Shown: in pieces, positions 18,627-25,778 of the stretch
How positions within the stretch are numbered: the stretch's first letter is position 1
Layout: the number at the start of each line of letters is the position of its first letter
Assembly (NCBI GenBank): GCA_029001845.1
Contig: JAREWP010000022.1
Coordinates: 33,678 to 97,677 of the forward strand
Reading direction: 5' to 3'
Source of the DNA: Candidatus Magnetocorallium paracelense
GTDB taxonomy: Bacteria; Nitrospirota; Thermodesulfovibrionia; Thermodesulfovibrionales; Magnetobacteriaceae
Length of the DNA stretch: 64,000 nucleotides
Position numbers and translations under genes: made by a program
The notes under the pieces: model-generated
What the model was told of the DNA's origin: nothing
The model's database searches: none
The model's input: the letters and a program-made list of their open reading frames with translations, nothing else

Positions 18627-19699
18627 CGTGCTTGTATCGAAAAATTGGTGTCCTTATCTTCTCCTTTAAAGACGTCTTTCACTTTGGGCCATAAAATTAT
18701 ACCGCTTTCCGTGTTCACAAGGGGGCTGACAATCTTTGAAAGATGCTGGAAGAACCAGCTTACATTGGATATCAGAACCTTTGGAACATAAACGATATCG
18801 CCGCTCTTTAAAAAGGCGTTTTGAGTCAGGTCTCCCTCTTTGTAAAGGCTTTTGAGATTTAAGGACTCAACATTGCTTTGTCCTGCTGACTTTCTTATGA
18901 GAAGGACATTCTTGAGTTTTGCATCGTCTGTAACGCCACCGGCGTTCAAGAGTATCTCGAATAATCTTTTCGGAGAGTCAAGGGTATATACTCCGGGATT
19001 GTTTACTTCACCAAGGACCATTACTTTACTGCTTTTGATACTCGTTACATCGATAGTTACCTGAGGATCCATTATATATGTGCTCAATCCATTCTTGATC
19101 GTATCTCTTAATTCAAAAACGTCTTTGCCGGCGGCCTCTAAGTTCCCTAATATGGGGAATGATATCATGCCCGTTGAGTCAATCTTGACGGTTTTTGAAA
19201 GATCGGATATTTTCCGGCTTTCCGTAGAAGAGACATTCACAGTCACCTGGGGGTCGAGTATGTAATTGGCCAGTCTGTCCCTTATTTTGTCTCTAAGTTC
19301 GAAAATACTGACACCGGCCGCCTGTACGTCTCCTATCATTGGAAACATGATTTTCCCCGAATAGTCGATCATTATCTTTCTGCTCAACTGTTCGTTTCTG
19401 TATACGAAAATTTCCAGTGTATCGCCAACGGAAAGAAGGGGTTCGGGAAATTTTTTTCTGTAAACATTGATTTCAACGGAATCGCCTGCCCCGAGAGTGA
19501 AATCAGTTAGTTTAATATCGTCGATTCCTTCTACTTCCTTAACATTTTCAGCAACCTCTCTGTCTGTCTTTTTGTCAGAGGTTGAGCAACCGGGGAGGTA
19601 AATAAAAAGATGGAGTATTAGTATGAATATATAAGAAGTGCTGACGAGCTCGGAGCTGAAGCGTTTTTCTCTCCCCATATTATGCTTTATAATCAACAC
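18623..19699 (-). CDS. polysaccharide export outer-membrane lipoprotein (Wza-like, Poly_export plus SLBB repeats)
   Basis: 358 aa. Lipobox YLPGCS. Repeated segments G.I.FP.IG.V.AAG....EL...I...L..YI.DPQVTV. The true start may be the internal Met (MGREKRF, about 19678). Confidence 0.85.
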   Translation of the reverse strand: MLIIKHNMGREKRFSSELVSTSYIFILILHLFIYLPGCSTSDKKTDREVAENVKEVEGIDDIKLTDFTLGAGDSVEINVYRKKFPEPLLSVGDTLEIFVYRNEQLSRKIMIDYSGKIMFPMIGDVQAAGVSIFELRDKIRDRLANYILDPQVTVNVSSTESRKISDLSKTVKIDSTGMISFPILGNLEAAGKDVFELRDTIKNGLSTYIMDPQVTIDVTSIKSSKVMVLGEVNNPGVYTLDSPKRLFEILLNAGGVTDDAKLKNVLLIRKSAGQSNVESLNLKSLYKEGDLTQNAFLKSGDIVYVPKVLISNVSWFFQHLSKIVSPLVNTESGIILWPKVKDVFKGEDKDTNFSIQAR

Positions 19700-19761
19700 C
19701 TAAATCCGAACTGTCAAAAATAGGAATACTTTTGAGTATTCTGTTTATCTGGTATCTGTTA

Positions 19762-19794
19762 TTCTCGAAAATCATGAGAATATATTTTCGAGAA
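19762..19794. promoter_or_regulatory. 11-bp inverted repeat upstream of the wza operon (candidate operator)
   Basis: ttctcgaaaat (19762-19772), an 11-nt spacer, then attttcgagaa (19784-19794). It lies about 65-95 bp upstream of the wza start. Confidence 0.35.
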
Positions 19795-19928
19795 GTACGA
19801 CCATACAAAATAACACATAATTGACAGTAATTACAATGGGGGTAAAAAAGAGGGCAGGCTTTAAATGTTCGATATTATCTCCCCAATAAAGTATTTACAA
19901 AATAGAGAGGATCATAATATAATATTTA

Positions 19929-20135
19929 ATGAAACGTTTTTTTATAATTGTCGGCATTCTTATTCCTCCCATAGGACTTATATATCTTTTTGCTGCGATC
20001 AATTTTGCATTAGGTTACAGAAAACTCTATTGCGGCGCAGGTCAGCCTACCTTCAGGGAACAGATGATTGCTAAAATTGAAGATAAAGGTATCCCTGTAC
20101 CATTGTGGTTGAAAAAACCTGCTAAAAGCTGCTGA
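19929..20135 (+). CDS. small hypothetical membrane protein
   Basis: 68 aa ORF with one clear TM helix (FFIIVGILIPPIGLIYLFAAINFAL). No obvious RBS and no family recognised. Confidence 0.3.
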   Translation: MKRFFIIVGILIPPIGLIYLFAAINFALGYRKLYCGAGQPTFREQMIAKIEDKGIPVPLWLKKPAKSC

Positions 20136-20174
20136 TCGTAAAACTCCGATTCATACTCTTGACACGCCCTGACT

Positions 20175-20353
20175 CCTAACCCGGCATAGCCGGAACCAAA
20201 CAGAAATTCCTAAACATTTTAATGACAAATGACAAAATCCAAATGTCAATTCAAATCCAAATGCCTAAATGTCAAAAGCCGTACACTTCTCTTTCTTTGA
20301 CATTTGAACTTTGTCATTGATTTGGCCTTTGAGCTTTGACATTTGGCATTCAT
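20175..20353. repeat. family F hairpin with the G-motif flank
   Basis: Flank: cctaacccggcatagccgg. Left arm: aatgacaaatgacaaaatccaaatgtcaattcaaatccaaatgcctaaatgtcaaaag. Short loop. Right arm: ctttgacatttgaactttgtcattgatttggcctttgagctttgacatttggcattcat. The arms are imperfect complements made of about 8-nt units. Confidence 0.8.
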
Positions 20354-20420
20354 AAATAAATATGGGTGCTTTTTTGCACACAATTTCATTTATAAGCGAC
20401 TAAAATCATCTTTCACTCTC

Positions 20421-21458
20421 ATGCTTAAGTTAATACTTAGAGCAGATTCTTTCACCGGTCTCGGAACAGGCCATGTAATGAGATGCCTCTCCCTTGGACA
20501 GGCTTTTAGGGACATAGGCGGAGATGTATTATTTATCACTTATTGCGAGAGTAAAGATTTATTAAACAGGTTAAAGCAAGAGGGATTCGAAGTGCTCTCT
20601 TCGAGTCATCCCCACCCGCACAAAGCAAGTCTCGATCTTACTAAGGATGTTTTAAAATCCAATACCGGCGCATGGGTTGTTGTGGACGGTGTTCATTTCG
20701 ACATCGATTATCACCTCTTTATAAAACAAAGAAAGGGTCGTTTATTGATTATAGACGACATGGCCCGTTTGAAGAGTTATTGTGGTGACATTATTTTAAA
20801 CCAAAATCTTCATGCCTTTGACCTGGAATACAACCATGACAGAAAGACAACTCTTCTTTCAGGCCCCAAGTATGCCATTCTCAGGCGAGAATTTACCGAC
20901 TTACAGAGTTATCCTAAAGAGATTCCTCCAAGAGCCAGGAAAATCTTAATCACTTTAGGCGGCATGGATGACAAAAACCGGACTCAAAAAGTCCTTGCCT
21001 CTCTGGTCGATATTTCAGATATTGAAATCGATGTCGTTATTGGCAGTGCTTTTAAGCATTTGAAGAGTATAAAGGACTATATCGATGCTTCCGGGATGAA
21101 GGCATCGATCGTCAAAAATGTAACGGAAATGAGTAAACTCATGGCCTCTGCGGACCTTGCCATCTCCTCCGGTGGAACGACTGTGTGGGAACTTGCCTTT
21201 ATGGGAGCCCCTGCCATTATCGGAGAGATCGCCGAGATCGAAGAGTATCTTGTACGCGGGCTTAAAAAGAGGGGACTTTTTGAGTGCATCGGACCATTCG
21301 ATTCGATTTCTACGAAAGAATTAAGTGAGGTTGTCCTGAATCTGATTAACGATATCAAAGCTCGATCTTCGATGAGCGTAACGGGACAGAGAGTCGTCGA
21401 TGGAGGAGGATGCAAAAGAGTTCTCGAAATAATAGCGGCAATAAACAGAATGAAATAA
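20421..21458 (+). CDS. pseG: UDP-2,4-diacetamido-2,4,6-trideoxy-beta-L-altropyranose hydrolase (PseG, pseudaminic acid pathway)
   Basis: MLKLILRADSFTGLGTGHVMRCLSLGQAF matches the PseG N-terminus, and the GT-B-like C-terminus has ISSGGTTVWELAFMGAP. I prefer the ATG at 20421 because the TTG at 20343 lies inside the family F repeat. Confidence 0.8.
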   Translation: MLKLILRADSFTGLGTGHVMRCLSLGQAFRDIGGDVLFITYCESKDLLNRLKQEGFEVLSSSHPHPHKASLDLTKDVLKSNTGAWVVVDGVHFDIDYHLFIKQRKGRLLIIDDMARLKSYCGDIILNQNLHAFDLEYNHDRKTTLLSGPKYAILRREFTDLQSYPKEIPPRARKILITLGGMDDKNRTQKVLASLVDISDIEIDVVIGSAFKHLKSIKDYIDASGMKASIVKNVTEMSKLMASADLAISSGGTTVWELAFMGAPAIIGEIAEIEEYLVRGLKKRGLFECIGPFDSISTKELSEVVLNLINDIKARSSMSVTGQRVVDGGGCKRVLEIIAAINRMK

Positions 21459-21635
21459 GCTTGTGCTGCGTCGGACTTCACTGATGTAGTGCTCAACGTA
21501 GCTCTGCTGCGCCTGCACCTAAATCGGCTTGCCTCCTTGCCTAAGCACTTGCTTTTACACCATCGGTCCTCGACCTGATTGTCACTTTTAGGTAATAATG
21601 TAACATCTTCTTTTCCGGTTTTCTCTATATTTCTC

Positions 21636-22541
21636 TTATATACCTTCCTCCTTTAATACACTTCTGACGAAATCTATTTCCATCTCCAATACATCCGCTA
21701 TATTCTCCGCCTTCATGTCAGCTCTTTTGTACAGCTTTATTACCGACTCTTTCTTTGCCTTGTTTACACCTTTTTCCATTCCCTTTTCCATTCCCTTTTC
21801 CATACCGTCAAAAAGCGCCGTTTCCACCAATGACCTCTCATATCTTAAATTCTCCATATAAATATTATAGGCAGCTCTTTCCTCTTCTCTCAAATTTAAA
21901 ATATCCAGTCTCTTCTTAGCTAAATCTATATTCTTCGCATTAAAGTCGTCCCTTATCTCCCCTGTTTTTAAAAAATAGACCCACTCGTCAAATCGCTCCT
22001 CCATCTCCTTATTCTCGTCGAATTTTCCTGTTCGGATTATGTAGTGCTCAGGGAATATCTCATCTATCTCTGTCAGGTTAAACAGCTTTTGCTGAGACTT
22101 TGTCAGTTTCAGAATATCCTTCTTATGCACTCCCGTAAATTGTGTAGTCCCTTTGTACAGATAATCTTCTCCGCTGCCAAGTTCGAAGTATACGATACTT
22201 ACGGTAATAACCTTCCTGATTTTGCCGTAAGATTCTCCCTCTCTTAAGAACTGTGTTATCAAACGCGATGAACCGAATAAAATTCTGTGAAAGAAATCGA
22301 ACTCCCGCTCATACTGCACCTCGATTAATATCAATGCTTCCAGCGAATCCTTTGCAAGTATATCTACTCTGTTGGATTTGTCTCTTTCTGCTTCCTTATT
22401 ACTTTCGCTCTCGATTATATCTACTATAGTAATATCCTCATGAAGCAATTCGCTCAGAAAACCCTCCAATATATCGAAATTGGCTTTGTCTCTGAGTATA
22501 CGCTTTATCGCCCAGTCAAATGTTATTAACTTTCTTTTCAT
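21636..22541 (-). CDS. Rpn-family recombination-promoting nuclease / PD-(D/E)XK putative transposase
   Basis: 301 aa. DWAIKRILRDKANFDILEGFLSELL...DKSNRVDILAKD...LILIEVQYE is the YhgA/Rpn-type nuclease core. The C-terminal part is helical with MEKG repeats. Confidence 0.85.
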   Translation of the reverse strand: MKRKLITFDWAIKRILRDKANFDILEGFLSELLHEDITIVDIIESESNKEAERDKSNRVDILAKDSLEALILIEVQYEREFDFFHRILFGSSRLITQFLREGESYGKIRKVITVSIVYFELGSGEDYLYKGTTQFTGVHKKDILKLTKSQQKLFNLTEIDEIFPEHYIIRTGKFDENKEMEERFDEWVYFLKTGEIRDDFNAKNIDLAKKRLDILNLREEERAAYNIYMENLRYERSLVETALFDGMEKGMEKGMEKGVNKAKKESVIKLYKRADMKAENIADVLEMEIDFVRSVLKEEGI

Positions 22542-23152
22542 TAGAATCGCCTTTACATCTTGTATTTGTAATCTTTTGCAGGTTTAAAGGTTGAGGAATA
22601 AAAATAAACAACCGGAGGGTGCGGATTGTACTCACCCCTATGTCTATTATATCCCAATGTTCATTGCATGCGCAAAGATAATCAGAAAACCTTTAGCGGG
22701 GATTGTTACACTTCATCCAAAAACAAAACCATACAACACTGTCATTCCGATGAAAATCTGAATCCAGGGTTCAAAAGAGGGATGTTGAAAGTATGGACAG
22801 GGAAACACTTGCCCTGATATTGGATAGCAGTATAGAAAAAAAACAGGCGATGAATTAAAAGAGTCTTTCCGTAAGTTAAGAGCTACTGCCGAAATGATCG
22901 GTTGGAGAGAGCGTGAGTTTTTGAATGCTCTGTCGTTGCTGTTGGAAAAGTAGCGCACAAAGCCTTTTTCTTAAAAAAAATTTTAATTCCGAGATTTTTT
23001 ATTTTTACCCGCCCTTATGTTCATTCCTGCAATATCAAAGAAGTTACAAAAGAATAATTCTGAATATAATTCTCAAATGCCTGCCAGGCAAGGCTTATCT
23101 GCGATGACATGATTCATTGCAACAATTAAAATGTTAATAAAATTATAGCTTT

Positions 23153-23205
23153 TGTAGGTAAAACACCTACAAAGCGTGTAGGTGTTTTACCTACAGATTT
23201 TTTCT
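23153..23205 (+). terminator. perfect 19-bp-stem hairpin followed by a T-run (intrinsic terminator and/or a four-half-site protein-binding site)
   Basis: tgtaggtaaaacacctaca (23153-23171), aagcg, tgtaggtgttttacctaca (23177-23195), then gattttttcttttc. Each arm is itself palindromic (tgtaggt / acctaca). Confidence 0.5.
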
Positions 23206-23289
23206 TTTCAAATATGTTATAACAATCTCTAAATCCAACCCAACGTAACGATTCACTCGATATCAGTTAATAGTTTTGACTTTTTTCTT

Positions 23290-23452
23290 TAACTCCCTCT
23301 CCCTCTTTGAAGGGGGTGAGGGGGTATGTATAGTACAGTGAGGGGGTGCGATACACTACTCGATAGGGTAACGCTTCTCCACCGTCACCCCTCACCTTAA
23401 TCCTCTCCCCTCAAGGGGAGAGGAGACTGAAAGGGAATTTCTTTGAAATTCC
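23290..23452 (-). repeat. family A GC-rich multi-hairpin element, copy 2 (inverted orientation)
   Basis: The reverse complement reads ggaatttcaaagaaattccctttcagtctcctctccccttgaggggagaggattaaggtgaggggtgacggtggagaagcgttaccctatcgagta... The distal part is diverged relative to copies 1, 3 and 4. Confidence 0.9.
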
Positions 23453-23490
23453 TGTAACGATTGCTATAGTCGTTTAAAGGGGACAATCGA

Positions 23491-23562
<72 letters not shown>

Positions 23563-23714
23563 ATTACCTGCCTTAAAAAGAATTCCCGTCAAATACATTT
23601 AAAGTATCACACCCCTTATCACCAAGTCTTTTCATATCTCAACCGACAAATTATCTTCATAATATTTCCATACAATCAGTCAATAAACCCTGTTATCTTT
23701 ATTTTTTCCAAATA

Positions 23715-23778
23715 TCAAAAACCAGTAAATCCGCCTAAAACTCAAAAAGCAGTTGCAAATGAAAGTACTCTAAAAAAA
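23715..23778 (-). repeat. family E unit, copy 1 (inverted)
   Basis: The reverse complement tttttttagagtactttcatttgcaactgctttttgagttttaggcggatttactggtttttga aligns with 28878-28942 and 29088-29152. Confidence 0.85.
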
Positions 23779-23787
23779 TATTTTAAA

Positions 23788-23857
23788 AACCACGAAGTTC
23801 ACGAAGGACACGAAGAAAAAACAAAAAATCTTCGCGCCCTTCGTGAACTTTGTGGTT
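23788..23857. repeat. family D (cacgaag)n hairpin without cargo
   Basis: Left arm aaccacgaagttcacgaaggacacgaaga, loop aaaaacaaaaaa, right arm tcttcgcgcccttcgtgaactttgtggtt. The arms are complementary apart from 3 mismatches. Confidence 0.9.
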
Positions 23858-23864
23858 AATTAAT

Positions 23865-23930
23865 CTTTTTTGAATGCCTTTGGATTATGATTGTTTTTTT
23901 CACTTAATATGTGATTTTACTGAGTTATGA
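23865..23930 (+). repeat. family E unit, degenerate copy (completes an E-D-E composite palindrome spanning 23715-23930)
   Basis: cttttttgaatgcctttggattatgattgtttttttcacttaatatgtgattttactgagttatga shares blocks with family E: tttttt-ga-t-c-ttt-gatt-a-gattgtttt ... gattttactgagtt-tga. Confidence 0.6.
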
Positions 23931-24000
23931 CGATACAGCAAATAGATTGAAGATTTTATCTTCACAAATGTAACAAATCTATTTTTAGGAGGAAATTTTT

Positions 24001-25227
24001 ATGAACAAGAGGTCCAAATCATTAAGAAAGAGTCATTTTGGGATTTATCTTTTAACCGTTTTATTGATTGCCGGATTGGCAGGGGCGGCGTATGGAGGAT
24101 CGGATTCGAATGTGACCTATACGTTTACATCGGGATCGACTGCGAAATCGAGTGAAGTGAATGCGAATTTTGATTATCTGGAGGACAGGTGTTGGGATAT
24201 GAGTGGGAGTAATTATTATTTGAATGGTGACTTCGTTGGTATCGGTACTTCAAGTCCATTGTATTCTAATACTCTCTTTGAAGTACGTAAAGATCATGCA
24301 GACAGAACCAGATTAACTATTAATAATCAATATGGCTCAGGGAGCAGATCTGAATTATTTTTAAGAACTAAAATTGGCTCAGATGATGGTGGAGGATTAT
24401 ATCTTCAGGCAAATTCAAGCACATCCGAATGGGGTAATGATGCAGTAATAGCAACTACAGGCCCTGACGGTGTAAATATGAGATTTTACAACGCAAAAGG
24501 TGATTATTATTTTATGGGGAAATCAGATGGCACTAAAGGCAATGTCGGTATTGGTACAGATAATCCAAATTATTTATTTCATGTTTATGACACCACTAAT
24601 TTCAGTAGCTATTTTGAAGGCACAGGCACAGTAGATGTTGTCTTGAAAAGTGAAAGTCAGGCAGGATTAAGTATTAAGTCAAATACGAATCCAGTATTAA
24701 GTTTTCAGGTAGGTACTACAAATCCAGGTAGTACCCGTGCTAGCATTTATGTCAACAGTTCAGATAGTTCCATGAGATTTCAGGCTGGTGGTGAAACTGA
24801 CAGGATGACTATTGACTCTTCCGGGAACGTCGGAATCGGAACAACCTCACCTTCAGGAAAGCTTGACGTCAACGGCTCCATCTACCAACGCGGCTCCTCC
24901 CTCCACGCCGACTACGTCTTCGAGCCTGACTACAAACTGGAATCAATAGAAGAACACGCCGATTTCATGTGGAGTAACAAGCATCTTAAAGCAATCCCTA
25001 AAGCAAAGGTAGACGAGCAGGGGCTTGAGATTGTTGAGGTGGGTTCCCATCGTAAAGGCATTGTAGAAGAGCTTGAAAAGGCGCATATTTATATTTCCGA
25101 GTTGAATGAAGAGATGAAGGAATATAAGGACTCAATCGCCCGGCAGCAAGAGTTAATTAAGCAGCAGCAGGAGGCGATCTCTTTGTTGATGGAGAAGGTA
25201 GAGGCATTGGAAAAGCAGGAAAAGTAG
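24001..25227 (+). CDS. secreted/anchored tail-fibre-like protein with a C-terminal coiled coil
   Basis: 408 aa with a strong RBS (aggagg). N-terminal anchor IYLLTVLLIAGLAGAAYG. Motifs SSEVNANFDYL and repeated GNVGIGT(T/D)xP...L.V resemble tail-fibre-like proteins. The distal DYVFEPDYKLESIEEHADFMWSNKHLKAIP module is followed by a heptad coiled coil. Confidence 0.7.
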   Translation: MNKRSKSLRKSHFGIYLLTVLLIAGLAGAAYGGSDSNVTYTFTSGSTAKSSEVNANFDYLEDRCWDMSGSNYYLNGDFVGIGTSSPLYSNTLFEVRKDHADRTRLTINNQYGSGSRSELFLRTKIGSDDGGGLYLQANSSTSEWGNDAVIATTGPDGVNMRFYNAKGDYYFMGKSDGTKGNVGIGTDNPNYLFHVYDTTNFSSYFEGTGTVDVVLKSESQAGLSIKSNTNPVLSFQVGTTNPGSTRASIYVNSSDSSMRFQAGGETDRMTIDSSGNVGIGTTSPSGKLDVNGSIYQRGSSLHADYVFEPDYKLESIEEHADFMWSNKHLKAIPKAKVDEQGLEIVEVGSHRKGIVEELEKAHIYISELNEEMKEYKDSIARQQELIKQQQEAISLLMEKVEALEKQEK

Positions 25228-25238
25228 GGATAATTATT

Positions 25239-25737
25239 AACCACGAAGGGCACGAAGATCACGAAGAAAGGGATAAAGATATTAGATTTCATTATTATGT
25301 TATATTAGGTAATGGAATTCGATGAGTTATCTAATAAGGTTATCGGGCTTGCTATTACGGTTCATAAAGAATTAGGGCCTGGATTGTTGGAGAATACATA
25401 TAAACAATGCCTTGCCTATGAATTGAGTAAGGCTGGTATGAATTTTCAGATAGAAGCCGATTTGCCTGTCGTTTATAAAGAAATCAAAATATCATGCGGT
25501 TACAGGATCGATTTATTGATAGAGAAGCAACTGATTGTAGAGCTAAAGAGTGTCGACCAACTACACTCTGTACATGAAGCCCAAATACTTACATATATGA
25601 AACTGTCGAATATAAAAAAAGGTCTATTACTTAATTTCAATACAGTATTATTAAAAGACGGCATAAAAAGATTTATTTTATGATTAAAAATATTTTTCTT
25701 TTATTCCTTCTTCGTGGCCTTCGTGCTCTTCGTGGTT
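25239..25737. repeat. family D (cacgaag)n inverted repeat enclosing the GxxExxY ORF
   Basis: Left arm 25239-25272: aaccacgaagggcacgaagatcacgaagaaaggg. Right arm 25705-25737: tccttcttcgtggccttcgtgctcttcgtggtt, its near-perfect reverse complement. The ORF 25312-25683 sits in the loop. Confidence 0.9.
25312..25683 (+). CDS. GxxExxY family protein (PD-(D/E)XK nuclease-like fold)
   Basis: 123 aa. VIGLAITVHKELGPGLLENTYKQCLAYEL carries the G-x-x-E-x-x-Y signature. YRIDLLIEKQLIVELKSV is a D...E-x-K nuclease-like core. Ends with ...LLNFN. Confidence 0.9.
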   Translation: MEFDELSNKVIGLAITVHKELGPGLLENTYKQCLAYELSKAGMNFQIEADLPVVYKEIKISCGYRIDLLIEKQLIVELKSVDQLHSVHEAQILTYMKLSNIKKGLLLNFNTVLLKDGIKRFIL

Positions 25738-25778
25738 AAAAAAATAACAAGTTTCTATTCAATTAAGGAGAGAACAAT

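Noticed and set aside
20343-20420. TTG start at 20343 for pseG, as given in the ORF track.
   Set aside because: The first 26 codons lie inside the family F hairpin. PseG homologues start at the MLK..ILRAD-type sequence, so the ATG at 20421 is preferred.
21466-21556. Possible further family B-like palindrome downstream of pseG (aagcttgtgctgcg...gctctgctgcgcctgcacc...ctaagcacttgctt).
   Set aside because: Only short, imperfect complementarity is present, with vague similarity to family B. That is insufficient to call.
22626-22958. ORFs 22626..22817 + and 22713..22958 -.
   Set aside because: They are mutually overlapping, have no RBS and have odd composition. The region contains fragments of yet another palindromic element (gtcattcc...gaatccag). 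Only the A8-split small ORF was kept, as a low-interest finding.
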